64,000 bases of DNA from Nereida sp. (GTDB taxonomy: Bacteria > Pseudomonadota > Alphaproteobacteria > Rhodobacterales > Rhodobacteraceae), in assembly GCF_965655635.1 (NCBI RefSeq), contig NZ_CBFHHE010000004.1:30158-94157 (forward strand), in the 5' to 3' direction. This document shows, piece by piece, positions 37,748 to 47,872 of this stretch (positions within the stretch are counted from its first letter, which is position 1; the number at the start of each line of letters is the position of its first letter). Below the pieces are notes generated by a model, which saw only the letters and a list, made by a program, of their open reading frames with translations, did no database searches and was not told the origin of the DNA. A program made the translations under genes and the position numbers.

Positions 37748-37926
37748 CTTTGACAAGATATCTCACTGCGTCACTCGCGATAACACTTGTCGCCAGCTTT
37801 CTGGTCTTTGACCTAATCATGATACCGCCGAACCCATACGTTGCGCCGAGTGCCATAAGCCTTGGATCAGGTGAGGTAGCAGTAGGCGGGTTTTGCGGAG
37901 ATTTACCAGTTACGACGAACAAATGA
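37744..37926 (+). CDS. About 60-aa single-TM microprotein with GGFCG motif
   Basis: ATGA overlap with the YeeE stop (or TTG 37750 with SD GAGGT). One hydrophobic helix, a Pro-rich linker and a lone Cys in GGFCG. Confidence 0.6.
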   Translation: MTLTRYLTASLAITLVASFLVFDLIMIPPNPYVAPSAISLGSGEVAVGGFCGDLPVTTNK

Positions 37927-38114
37927 AGACTTTGCATTTTTGAGGCAGTGAGCAGAGTTCACAGTGAGCTAGGCAAACTCCCTTTCCCCGTCGCCGCCAC
38001 CAGAAATTATAAAAGTAGCATTCGATATTCTTGAAACTCGGGCTTATCGCTTGACCGGTTTCATCGTTATGCATTCATGAAGTTAACAGCACTTCAAAAA
38101 CGGATGACAAACCG

Positions 38115-40550
38115 ATGAGAGATCAGGCGCGCGTAGTGGTTATTGGTGGCGGTATCGCTGGATGTTCAGCGCTCTACCACCTTACGCAAGAAGGCTGGAC
38201 CGACGTTATGCTGATTGAGCGTGACGAGTTGACATCTGGCACCACTTGGCACTCAGCCGCCCAGGTCACCAACTTTGGTACGACCCAAACGATGGTCGGC
38301 CTGAAGACACACTCGATCAATCTATACAAAGAGCTGCGCGACGACCCCGAATACCCCGTCGGCTATAATTATGGCGACGGGGGCATCCGCCTTGCCAATA
38401 CAGAAGCGCAAATGGATGGATACCGGCAGTTCACATCAATGGCAGCGGGCATGGATGTTGAATTTGAGGTACTTGATGCTGATGAATGCGCGCGGCGGCA
38501 CCCACTTATTTCGACAGATAATCTGCTCGGAGGTCTATGGGATCCAACTGACGGCCATATTGATCCCGCACAGTTGTGCCAAGCACTGGCTCGTCGTGCG
38601 CGTCTTGCCGGCGCTGAAGTTAACCGCCACACGCCAGTCACAGGGCTCACTCAACATGCGGACAGCACATGGACCGTCCACACTGAGAAGGGTGACGTAA
38701 AGTGCGAAATTATCGTGAACGCAGGCGGCTACAGGTGCAATGAGATTGGCGCGATGATGGGCGTCCAGCACCCAGTTGCATCAATGGAACACCAGTATTT
38801 TCTAACCGAAGACATCCCTGCGATTGCTGAGGCAGGTCACCGGATGCCACTGCTGCGTTGCCCGATCAGCGACTATTACTCACGCCAAGAAAAGGGTGGG
38901 TTGCTGCTTGGATTTTATGAACAGGATTGCCGGACTTGGGGGATGGACGGCATTGATCCTAAATTTACGAATGCGCTGTGCCCAGATGATTTAGATCGCG
39001 TCACTGATGTCCTTGAAGGTGCGTTTGAGCGGATGCCAGTGTTGATGGAAACAGGCATTCGCGAAGTGGTAAACGGCCCCATTACCTACACCATTGATGG
39101 CGCGCCTCTTGTTGGCCCGATCCCCAGAAAACGAAACGCATTCTGCATCATTGGTCTGCGCGCAGGTCTGGGTGAAGGGGGCGGCCATGGCTGGCTCTTG
39201 GCGCAGCAGATCGTTCACGGTGAAGCGCAATATGACACGTGGGTTATCGATCCGCGGCGCTTTACCGGTCATGCGACTGTCGAGTTAACGGCACTCAAAG
39301 CGATCGAGGACTATCAAAACGAATTCCGCTTCCATTTCCCACATGAACACCGTCCCGCCGGACGCCCCATGAAAACAACACCACTCACACAGGTCCTTGT
39401 CTCTGAAGGGGCGGAAATGGGCACCATCAACGGTTGGGAGCGGGTTGATTACATCAAACCGACACCAGATTTCAAAGAAATTCTTGGGTTCAAGTTTAAC
39501 GAAGTCCACGGCGTTGTGGCTAAAGAAGTCGCTGCAATCTCAACGAACGTTGGGATGACAGAGGTTTCGGGGTTCAACCGCTTTGAACTGACGGGCGCGG
39601 ATGTCCACAGCTTTCTTGATCGTATGATGTGCGGCACTGTCAGCAAGCGCGAGGGCCGTGTGGGCCTAGGCTATCTTCTAAACAATCACGGCCTGCTCAA
39701 AGCCGAAGCAACAATTGCGAATATCCCTGCGTCTGATCGTGGCCCAAAACGTGTTTGGTACGGGTCGGCTGCGGCCTCTGAATACCACGATATGGATTGG
39801 CTAAAAGCGCATATCAAAGCAGACGAAGACGTCGAAATTCGCTCACTTACAAACGCACAAACGATCCTTGTGATTGCCGGACCAAACGCGCGCGATGTTT
39901 TGTCTATGGCTGCTCGCGGGGACTGGTCGCGTGAGGCATTTCCATGGCTGTCCGTGCGTGAAACTCACATCGGAATTGCGCCCGCGACTGTGCTTGGCGT
40001 CAGTTTTTCAGGAGAGCTGGCCTATGAGATCCATGTTCCGAATGAAAGTTTACATGCGGCTTACGTTGCTCTGCGTAAGGCTGGCGAGGCGCATGGCATG
40101 ACACTATTTGGATCACGGGCTGTGGAATCCATGCGAATGGAGAAAGGCTTTTTGCACTGGAAGTCCGATATTCTGACGGAATTTGATCCCTTTGAAACTG
40201 GACTAGAGCGTTTTGTCAGGCTCAACAAAGGCGACTTTATTGGTAAAGATGCACTTGAAAAACGTATGGTCGCTGGCCAACAGCATAAACTGGTGACGCT
40301 CATAATTGACGCAAAGCACGCACCCGCCCACGGAGGCGCATCTGTACGTCTGGATGGGCGGATTATCGGGACCGTAACTTCCGGGGACTGGGGCCACCGC
40401 GTAGATAAAAACCTTGCCTACGCATTTATAGAGCCTGAATTTTCTCAAGTAGGCACAACAATGACGGTCGATATTATTGGCGAAGCATTCGCAGCCGAAG
40501 TCATCGAAAGCGGACCGTACGATCCCTATTATAGCCGCATTCGCAGCTAA
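38115..40550 (+). CDS. GcvT-family FAD oxidoreductase (dimethylglycine dehydrogenase-like)
   Basis: VIGGGIAG, LTSGTTWHSA, NGPI.YT.DG, GGG.G..LA and C-terminal aminomethyltransferase domain (SMRMEKG). Confidence 0.92.
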   Translation: MRDQARVVVIGGGIAGCSALYHLTQEGWTDVMLIERDELTSGTTWHSAAQVTNFGTTQTMVGLKTHSINLYKELRDDPEYPVGYNYGDGGIRLANTEAQMDGYRQFTSMAAGMDVEFEVLDADECARRHPLISTDNLLGGLWDPTDGHIDPAQLCQALARRARLAGAEVNRHTPVTGLTQHADSTWTVHTEKGDVKCEIIVNAGGYRCNEIGAMMGVQHPVASMEHQYFLTEDIPAIAEAGHRMPLLRCPISDYYSRQEKGGLLLGFYEQDCRTWGMDGIDPKFTNALCPDDLDRVTDVLEGAFERMPVLMETGIREVVNGPITYTIDGAPLVGPIPRKRNAFCIIGLRAGLGEGGGHGWLLAQQIVHGEAQYDTWVIDPRRFTGHATVELTALKAIEDYQNEFRFHFPHEHRPAGRPMKTTPLTQVLVSEGAEMGTINGWERVDYIKPTPDFKEILGFKFNEVHGVVAKEVAAISTNVGMTEVSGFNRFELTGADVHSFLDRMMCGTVSKREGRVGLGYLLNNHGLLKAEATIANIPASDRGPKRVWYGSAAASEYHDMDWLKAHIKADEDVEIRSLTNAQTILVIAGPNARDVLSMAARGDWSREAFPWLSVRETHIGIAPATVLGVSFSGELAYEIHVPNESLHAAYVALRKAGEAHGMTLFGSRAVESMRMEKGFLHWKSDILTEFDPFETGLERFVRLNKGDFIGKDALEKRMVAGQQHKLVTLIIDAKHAPAHGGASVRLDGRIIGTVTSGDWGHRVDKNLAYAFIEPEFSQVGTTMTVDIIGEAFAAEVIESGPYDPYYSRIRS

Positions 40551-42190
40551 GTTTCGGGTGTGAAATTTTGCGCGACGGGACCGCGGTAGGCTGTTATCAT
40601 TTCCGGGTCTACTTCGGTGCCGTCCTTCAAGAACGGCAAAATTCCCTTGCGCAGTGACTTACCGCGCATCGCAGCGATATCGTCATCTGACCGCGTAACC
40701 CTTTGTGACATGCGTCGGCCCCACTTTGCCAAATAACCGTAAAGCCGGTCGATTTCAGCCTGATGTGTTGACCCTTTTGCAAGGTCGTGCACCTCGTTTG
40801 GGTCAATCTTCAAATCGAACAACATTGGACGGAAGCCCCCTTCCGCATGCATCATTTTGAAACGGCCATCAAACACCATGAATAGCCTCGCATCCCGGGG
40901 TTCAAGGCCCAACTTGACTGCCTGTGGTGTCGTTGAAAAATCATATTCGCTGATTGCGTAATCTCGGGTTTTTGTAGGCTGACCATGCAGAAACGGTACA
41001 AGGCTTTGGCCTTCAAGGATGTGAGCAGCGATTGTGCCACCGGCCACATCTACAAACGTAGGAACAAGATCAATAGCCTCGACGAGCGCATCGCACGTCG
41101 TGCCGCGCGTTGCATCTGCACTGCTCCGAGGATCAAAAATAATCATCGGCACTTTAACGGATGGCTCGTGAAAAAGATCCTTCTCACCAAGCCAATGATC
41201 CCCAAGAAAATCGCCATGATCTGACGTGAGAACGATCATCGTATCATCCAACTTGCCTGTCACTTCAAGGTGATCCAGAAGACGACCCAAGTGATCATCA
41301 CACTGCTTGATCAAGCCCATGTAAGCCGGCACCACTTTGGCACGCACATCATCATGTTGGAAAGCCGCTGCAATTTTATTGCCCATATATGCGTCATAAA
41401 CGGGGTGTGCGTTTTCACGCTCAACCGGATCACGGTTAGGTGGCAGAACGTGCTCGGGCTCGAATATATTATGGTAGGGTGCGGGCACAATATAGGGCCA
41501 ATGGGGCTTGATATAACTGACATGAGCGCACCAGGGCCCCTCAGCCGTATCGACAAATTTGATAGCCTCAGAGGTCAGCCACGCGGTCTCACTGTCTTCT
41601 TCGCGAATGTTTGCCGGCCTATCCGCATTATCAAACATCCAACCCGAGGCTTGCTCACCGTCTTGCAGACCAGCATTCGCATGAGCGGCCCACGGATTAT
41701 CCGCCTCATATCCTTTGGTCTTAAGGTACTCATTATAGGGCGAGCGTTGCTCGTCGTAAAATCCATCAGGACCTTGTGCCCAAAGCCCATCATCACGAAT
41801 AACAACGTCAAAACCACATTCCGCTTGGCGGGCACCAATCACGCTATCGGCCGCAAGGCCCAAACGCGCCATGCCTTCTGAATCTACGCGCATATGGGTT
41901 TTGCCGATCAAGTAGCAATCCATCCCTGCTTTGCGCAAATGATCCCCCATCGTCATTTCACCCACACGCAGCGGAAAACCGTTCCATTGTGCCCCGTGGG
42001 ATGACGTATAGCGGCCTGTGTAAAAGCTCATCCGGCTGGCACCGCAAATAGGTGATTGAACATATGCGTTCGTAAACCGCACTCCCATTTGCGCAACTCG
42101 GTCAAAATTTGGCGTGGACAGGTACGGGTGGCCAGCGCAACTCAAGTAATCGAACCGTAGTTGGTCATACATGATGAAAAGGATGTTCAT
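40547..42190 (-). CDS. Sulfatase (arylsulfatase / phosphonate monoester hydrolase group)
   Basis: NILFIMYDQLR, FGly motif variant CGASR, TGRY, GKTH, KPHWP and SDHGD.LGDHW.GEK motifs. Confidence 0.9.
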   Translation of the reverse strand: MNILFIMYDQLRFDYLSCAGHPYLSTPNFDRVAQMGVRFTNAYVQSPICGASRMSFYTGRYTSSHGAQWNGFPLRVGEMTMGDHLRKAGMDCYLIGKTHMRVDSEGMARLGLAADSVIGARQAECGFDVVIRDDGLWAQGPDGFYDEQRSPYNEYLKTKGYEADNPWAAHANAGLQDGEQASGWMFDNADRPANIREEDSETAWLTSEAIKFVDTAEGPWCAHVSYIKPHWPYIVPAPYHNIFEPEHVLPPNRDPVERENAHPVYDAYMGNKIAAAFQHDDVRAKVVPAYMGLIKQCDDHLGRLLDHLEVTGKLDDTMIVLTSDHGDFLGDHWLGEKDLFHEPSVKVPMIIFDPRSSADATRGTTCDALVEAIDLVPTFVDVAGGTIAAHILEGQSLVPFLHGQPTKTRDYAISEYDFSTTPQAVKLGLEPRDARLFMVFDGRFKMMHAEGGFRPMLFDLKIDPNEVHDLAKGSTHQAEIDRLYGYLAKWGRRMSQRVTRSDDDIAAMRGKSLRKGILPFLKDGTEVDPEMITAYRGPVAQNFTPET

Positions 42191-42422
42191 TTCTTGGTGC
42201 TGCCCTGTCTTGTAGACTTTGATTTCCACCAAGGCTTAGCACGCCAAGACAGGCTATTCACCACTGATAGTACATTTCTGGACCGACGGAATTATGCGGT
42301 TTGCACCTGATCCGCACTACGTGATCCAATTCATCAAAGTTTAAGATCGAAAGCCAGAATGCGAAAAAGCAAAAGACATCTTCCCTTGACTAGGTATAGA
42401 TTTGCCCCTTAGCTTACTATTA

Positions 42423-42436
42423 TTAGCGCGCGCTAA
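42423..42436. promoter_or_regulatory. LacI-type operator TTAGCGCGCGCTAA
   Basis: Perfect 14-bp palindrome with a central CG just upstream of the LacI gene; a near copy lies before smoE. Confidence 0.75.
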
Positions 42437-42459
42437 AAATCAAAATATCAGGTGATAAA

Positions 42460-43491
42460 ATGGGACAACCAAAAATTCGCAATATGGAAGAATTCGCAAA
42501 CATAAGCGGAATTTCTCGCCCAACTGTCTCAAAATATTTCAACAACCCTGAAAGCGTACGCACGTCGACCCGAACAAAGATTGAAGCTGCCCTGAAGCGG
42601 TACGATTATCAGCCTAACGTTTTTGCGATGAACCAAAATAGGCGCACGACCAAGAACATTGGCGTGGTTGTTCCAAACCTCGCCGACCCCTTCTTTTCGG
42701 AGATTGGGCGGCGCGTCGAATTGGCCTGTATTGATGCTGGCTACAGCCCCATCTTGCTCAGCTCACACGGCAGCCCTGAGATGGAGCGGGACAATCTCAC
42801 ATCCTTACGCGCGCTCAAACCGGCTGGTGTCTTGCTTGCGCCGTTCGGACGCATGTCGGATGTTGAGGCCGTACAGACCTTTGACGCCGATTTCCCACTC
42901 GTACTATTTGACGCAAATATGAGCAGTATCGGCCACGCATTTGTTGGAACAGACAATGCCCAAAGCGTTGATTTAATGGTGGAATACCTTAGTCGCAGTG
43001 GCGAAGCGCCTTGCTTCTTTGAAATGAAGTCACCAACAAACCCCAATGCCAACAAGCGCCGCCAGGCCTATCTCGAAAGTATGGAACGTCACGGCCATGT
43101 GCCGCGTATCTATCAAGCTGACGGTGAGGGCTGGAACTTTGAGGAAATTGGCAAGGTTGAAGGTGGACGCCTTCTGGCCGCTAAGTCTTTTGAGACCAAC
43201 ACTATTCTTTGCAGTAATGATCGCCTTGCTATTGGGATGTTGTCGGCGGCCTATGACCTAGGTTTACGTGTAGGGCATGGTCCGGAGTGTGACTTGCGCA
43301 TTGCAGGACACGACGATCACCCGTTCTCTAAATTCACCTGCCCGCCGCTCACTACGATTGCTCAAGACTATGAGGCAATCGCGAATCGTGCGGTGCGTGA
43401 GTTGTTCAGCACGTTGAAGGCCGAAGATCGGACAAAAGATCGCTCAGAGACAACTTTTGACGGCCGTCTTATTATGCGCGAGTCCGCCTAA
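42460..43491 (+). CDS. LacI-family regulator of the polyol operon
   Basis: MEEFA..SGISRPTVSKYFN, Y.PN..A and P.LTTI.QD motifs. Confidence 0.92.
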   Translation: MGQPKIRNMEEFANISGISRPTVSKYFNNPESVRTSTRTKIEAALKRYDYQPNVFAMNQNRRTTKNIGVVVPNLADPFFSEIGRRVELACIDAGYSPILLSSHGSPEMERDNLTSLRALKPAGVLLAPFGRMSDVEAVQTFDADFPLVLFDANMSSIGHAFVGTDNAQSVDLMVEYLSRSGEAPCFFEMKSPTNPNANKRRQAYLESMERHGHVPRIYQADGEGWNFEEIGKVEGGRLLAAKSFETNTILCSNDRLAIGMLSAAYDLGLRVGHGPECDLRIAGHDDHPFSKFTCPPLTTIAQDYEAIANRAVRELFSTLKAEDRTKDRSETTFDGRLIMRESA

Positions 43492-43522
43492 GTCCTTGAT
43501 TGAACGCCCGCTTTAAATAAAA

Positions 43523-43536
43523 TTTACGCGCGCTAA
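43523..43536. promoter_or_regulatory. LacI-type operator TTTACGCGCGCTAA
   Basis: 12/14 match to the palindrome at 42423, 70 bp upstream of smoE. Confidence 0.72.
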
Positions 43537-43605
43537 TTTATAATTGACTTCGCGTTGCCGTATCACCTAGTATAATTCTCATGACCCAAAGAGGAGGAAA
43601 TTTGG

Positions 43606-44898
43606 ATGTCTATCAAGAAAGCATTATACGCAGCTACAGCGATGTCACTTTTTGCAGCCGGCGGCGCGATTGCAGACGGTCACTCAAAAGAATTGACGAT
43701 TGCGATCGTAAACAACGGTCACATGATCAACATGCAGAAAGTTGCAGAAGCTTACACAGAAGAAACAGGCGTTAAGCTGAACTGGGTTTCTCTGGAGGAA
43801 GGTGTTCTGCGTGAGCAAGTAACGTCCGACACAGCAACCGGTGGTGGCCAATACGACATCATCAATATCGGCATGCAGGAAGCACCGATTTGGGGTGCAG
43901 CTGGCTGGATCGAACCCCTAGAGTTTGGCGCAGACTACGACGTTGACGACATCCTGCCGGCTATGCGCGCCGGCTTATCACACGAAGGCACGCTTTATGC
44001 AGCACCATTTTATGGTGAAAGTTCAATGGTTATGTACCGCAAAGACCTGACAGACGCAGCTGGCGTGACAATTGCTGACAATGATAGCTGGGAAAACATT
44101 ACAGCTGCGGCTGCAGCAATGCACGATCCAGACAACGGCGTCTATGGTGCCTGTTTGCGCGGGAAGCCAGGCTGGGGAGATGGCATGGCATTCGTAACAA
44201 CCGTCGCAAACTCTTTTGGAGCAGCCTGGTTTGACAAAGATTACAATCCTACGCTGAATACACCAGAATGGAATGCAGCGGTTACAATGTATGTGAACCT
44301 GCTAAACAACTACGGCCCTCCAGGTTCTGAAGGCAACTCTTTTAACGAGATCCTTGCTCTTTATAACGAAGACAAATGTGGCCTCTGGATTGACGCAACA
44401 ATTGCCGCTTCCTTCCTTGAAAACGAAAACGTTGCGTATGCTCAGTCTCCAAATGCTGGTAACCCAGTAGGTGCAAATTGGCTATGGGCATGGGCAATGG
44501 CGATCCCTGCTGGTTCCCCAAATGCAGACGAGTCTCAGAAGTTCATTGAGTGGGCAACATCTAAAGAGTACGTTCAAGCTGTAGGTAACCACCCAGACTT
44601 TGGTTGGGGATCAGTGCCAACAGGACAGCGTGCCTCTACGTATGCGATCCCTGAATTCCAAGCCGTTGCGAAGTTCGCAGCAGCTGAAATGGCTGCAATC
44701 GACTCAGCAGCTCCTGAAGCAACAGATTTGAAGCCATATGTTGGCGTACAATTTGTAGCGATCCCTGAGTTCCCAGAGGTTGGTTCCGCAGTTTCTCAAG
44801 AGATTGCAGCAGCATTGTCTGGTGCAAAGTCTGTCGAAGATGCATTGGCAGCAGGTCAAGCCGCAGCTGAATCAATCATGACTGAAGCGGGCTACTAA
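43606..44898 (+). CDS. smoE: Sorbitol/mannitol ABC substrate-binding protein
   Basis: Signal peptide; TIAIVNNGHMI.MQ, LEEGVLR, PFYGESS, LRGKPGWG and WLWAW motifs. Confidence 0.88.
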   Translation: MSIKKALYAATAMSLFAAGGAIADGHSKELTIAIVNNGHMINMQKVAEAYTEETGVKLNWVSLEEGVLREQVTSDTATGGGQYDIINIGMQEAPIWGAAGWIEPLEFGADYDVDDILPAMRAGLSHEGTLYAAPFYGESSMVMYRKDLTDAAGVTIADNDSWENITAAAAAMHDPDNGVYGACLRGKPGWGDGMAFVTTVANSFGAAWFDKDYNPTLNTPEWNAAVTMYVNLLNNYGPPGSEGNSFNEILALYNEDKCGLWIDATIAASFLENENVAYAQSPNAGNPVGANWLWAWAMAIPAGSPNADESQKFIEWATSKEYVQAVGNHPDFGWGSVPTGQRASTYAIPEFQAVAKFAAAEMAAIDSAAPEATDLKPYVGVQFVAIPEFPEVGSAVSQEIAAALSGAKSVEDALAAGQAAAESIMTEAGY

Positions 44899-44916
44899 GT
44901 TCTGCTTTAGGTTTTC

Positions 44917-44944
44917 GGAAGGCCCGGCTCTGGTCGGGCCTTCC
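44917..44944 (+). terminator. Intra-operon hairpin after the binding-protein gene
   Basis: GGAAGGCCCG-N8-CGGGCCTTCC; weak U-tract, so probably an mRNA-stabilising or attenuating hairpin. Confidence 0.55.
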
Positions 44945-45068
44945 ACTTTAGACGAACAGTGGGCGTCGCGGCCCAGATCGACCGCCACACAACAGCATAC
45001 CAATCACCATTCAGTTAAATTACTCTTAGAACATCGCGAGCAACGTGCTTCGCAGGAGATCTCTAGTC

Positions 45069-46007
45069 ATGTCTAACAGAACGCTTCCACGCTTGCTTCA
45101 GTCTCCGGCAGTTGTCCTGCTGTTGATCTGGATGCTTGTGCCGCTTTCGATGACGCTTTATTTTTCGTTTATTCGCTATGTGCTGAATAACCTGCGCAAA
45201 CCAGAGTGGACGACACCCGCCCTCAGTAACTGGCGTGGTTTTGGCAACTACGAATTTGTCCTGAAGTCCAAAGATTTTATTTTTGCGATCCAGAACAGCC
45301 TTCTGATTGTTTGCAGCATTCTCTTCCTGACCGTGATCCTTGGCGTTCTGATCGCCGTGTTGATCAACAAGTCATTCCCCGGACAAGGCATCGTTCGCGT
45401 TCTCTTGATCTCTCCTTTCTTCGTCATGCCAGCGGTAAACGCAGTTTTGTGGATTAACATGATCCTTGACCCAGTTCTCGGCCTACAGGGCATCGCCGTC
45501 GGCAGTATAAACGACCTAGTCGATGGGCTGAGGGCCGCACCCGGTGTTGGCTGGTTCTTCTCGCTTTGGCCTGAATTGACCCCGATTTCATTCCGCGCAA
45601 CGCAAACTTCTGCTTATGCGGTGATCATCATGGTCACATGGCAGTGGACTCCTTTTGCAATCTTGATCTTCATGACGTCCTTGCAGTCTGAGGATCAGCA
45701 ACAAAAAGAAGCTGCCATCCTTGATGGGGCAAGCACGTGGTCGCAGTTCCGCTTTTTGACGCTACCGCATCTGGGTCGTCCCATTGCGATTGTGGTGATG
45801 ATCCAAGCGATTTTCCACCTCTCGCTTTATGCGGAAATCGAAATCGTAAGCCGCGGCAACGGGAATAAAAACTTGCCTTATTTGATTGGTGAATTTGCCA
45901 ACAACAACATCGGTGCAGCTTCCGCGACAGGAATCTTTGCCGTCATCCTAGCCAACATCGTAGCAATTTTCTTGCTGCGCATGGTTGGCAAGACATTGAT
46001 GGAGTAA
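45069..46007 (+). CDS. smoF: Polyol ABC permease
   Basis: PAV.LL.IWMLVPLSMTLYFSF, WQWTPFA and EAA.LDGA motifs. Confidence 0.86.
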   Translation: MSNRTLPRLLQSPAVVLLLIWMLVPLSMTLYFSFIRYVLNNLRKPEWTTPALSNWRGFGNYEFVLKSKDFIFAIQNSLLIVCSILFLTVILGVLIAVLINKSFPGQGIVRVLLISPFFVMPAVNAVLWINMILDPVLGLQGIAVGSINDLVDGLRAAPGVGWFFSLWPELTPISFRATQTSAYAVIIMVTWQWTPFAILIFMTSLQSEDQQQKEAAILDGASTWSQFRFLTLPHLGRPIAIVVMIQAIFHLSLYAEIEIVSRGNGNKNLPYLIGEFANNNIGAASATGIFAVILANIVAIFLLRMVGKTLME

Positions 46008-46012
46008 CGGAC

Positions 46013-46846
46013 ATGGCGATTGTTGCACAGTCTTCGAAATACGGACAAATCAGCCGCACTCTTTTGGCCTGGATTGTTGGATTATTGTTCTTCTTCCCCA
46101 TCTTCTGGCTTGTTCTTACAAGTTTTAAGACAGATGCGGATGCGGTGAAGCCAGAATTCTTGTTCTTCTTCACGCCGACGCTAGAGAATTATACCAACAT
46201 GACCGACAACTATGACTACTGGCGCTTTGCGACCAACTCAGTCATCACTTCGGTGTTCGCGACGATCTTCGCGCTCGCAGTTGGTATTCCGTGTGCCTAC
46301 TCCATGGCGTTCAACCCAACACGCGCAACTAAAGATGTCCTGATGTGGATGCTCTCAACCAAGATGCTGCCCGCAGCGGCAGTCCTTTACCCGATGACCT
46401 TCCTGACCAAAAGTCTGGGGCTGTTTGATACGCACTTCATGGTCATTCTGGTTCTGTGCCTGATTAACGTTCCGATCGTGATCTGGATGCTTTTCACCTA
46501 CTTCAAAGAGATCCCAAAAGAGATCATCGAAGCAGGCCAAATGGACGGCGTGAACACATGGGGAGAGATCAAAGAGATCCTCATCCCACTCGCATGGGGC
46601 GGCATCGCATCAACAGCATTGCTCTGCTTTATCTTTTGCTGGAACGAAGCGTATTGGACGGTTCGCTTAACGACAACAGACGCCGCGACCCTGTCAAAAC
46701 TCATCGAAGGGAACCGCGCACCAGAGGGTCTATTTTTTGGACGTCTCTCCGCTGTCTCCGCAGCTGCTGTTGGCCCAATCATTGTCTTGGGCTGGTTCTG
46801 TCAAAAACAATTGGTCCAAGGCCTCAGCTTTGGCGCCGTCAAGTAA
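46013..46846 (+). CDS. smoG: Polyol ABC permease
   Basis: FFPIFW.VLTSFKT, WMLSTKMLP and EAGQMDG motifs. Confidence 0.88.
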   Translation: MAIVAQSSKYGQISRTLLAWIVGLLFFFPIFWLVLTSFKTDADAVKPEFLFFFTPTLENYTNMTDNYDYWRFATNSVITSVFATIFALAVGIPCAYSMAFNPTRATKDVLMWMLSTKMLPAAAVLYPMTFLTKSLGLFDTHFMVILVLCLINVPIVIWMLFTYFKEIPKEIIEAGQMDGVNTWGEIKEILIPLAWGGIASTALLCFIFCWNEAYWTVRLTTTDAATLSKLIEGNRAPEGLFFGRLSAVSAAAVGPIIVLGWFCQKQLVQGLSFGAVK

Positions 46847-46867
46847 TACCTAGAATAGGATAATATC

Positions 46868-47872
46868 ATGGGACGTATCGTACTTGAACAAGTGACCAAG
46901 AGCTTTGGTGAAACACAAGTCATCCCTCCATTGGATCTCACAATTGAAGACAGTGAATTTGCAGTCTTTGTTGGGCCATCAGGCTGCGGGAAGTCAACTC
47001 TGCTGCGCTTAATCGCAGGGCTTGAGGACACAACATCCGGCAAGGTTTTGATCGACGACGAAGACGTAACTTCAGTCTCTCCTTCCAAACGCGGCCTAGC
47101 GATGGTGTTTCAGTCCTATGCACTTTACCCGCATATGACAGTGCGCAAGAACATCGCCTTTCCGATGCGTATGGCAGGCATGAGCGAGGAAGAGCAGAAC
47201 AAGCGTATTGAGGCGGCGGCTGCCTCTTTGAACCTCACTGATTATCTGGACCGCAAGCCGGGCCAATTATCTGGCGGTCAGCGTCAGCGTGTGGCCATTG
47301 GCCGAGCGATTGTGCGAGATCCGTCTGCATTCCTCTTTGACGAGCCGCTCTCAAACCTTGACGCGGCATTGCGCGTTGGGATGCGTCTTGAGATCACAGA
47401 GATGCATGAGCGTATGCAGACAACGATGATTTACGTGACGCACGACCAAGTCGAAGCGATGACGATGGCCAATAAAATCGTCGTGCTGCAAGCAGGCGTA
47501 ATTGAGCAAGTCGGCTCGCCACTGGAACTATATCACAAGCCGCGCAACAAGTTTGTCGCTGGTTTCATTGGTAGCCCAAAGATGAATCTGATCGAAGGTG
47601 CAGTAGCTAAAAAATATGGCGCTGAAACGATTGGCATTCGTCCAGAGCATGTGACTGCCTCTAAAACCAGTGGCCTTTGGCAAGGCACGGTTGGTGTGGC
47701 CGAGCATCTGGGGTCTGATACCTTCGTCCACGTCCATGGCATCGAAGACTGTGACCCAATGACAGTCCGCGCAGCGGGAGATGCTACATTCAAGCATGGT
47801 GAAGAGATTTTCCTCACACCAGACGAAACGCAGCTTCACAAGTTCGACACAGCTGGATTGCGGATCGAGTAA
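46868..47872 (+). CDS. smoK: Polyol ABC ATPase
   Basis: [28 protein letters not shown] and DEPLSNLD motifs. Confidence 0.9.
   Translation: MGRIVLEQVTKSFGETQVIPPLDLTIEDSEFAVFVGPSGCGKSTLLRLIAGLEDTTSGKVLIDDEDVTSVSPSKRGLAMVFQSYALYPHMTVRKNIAFPMRMAGMSEEEQNKRIEAAAASLNLTDYLDRKPGQLSGGQRQRVAIGRAIVRDPSAFLFDEPLSNLDAALRVGMRLEITEMHERMQTTMIYVTHDQVEAMTMANKIVVLQAGVIEQVGSPLELYHKPRNKFVAGFIGSPKMNLIEGAVAKKYGAETIGIRPEHVTASKTSGLWQGTVGVAEHLGSDTFVHVHGIEDCDPMTVRAAGDATFKHGEEIFLTPDETQLHKFDTAGLRIE

Noticed and set aside
37927-38114. Glycine riboswitch before the GcvT-family gene
   Set aside because: No aptamer consensus visible.
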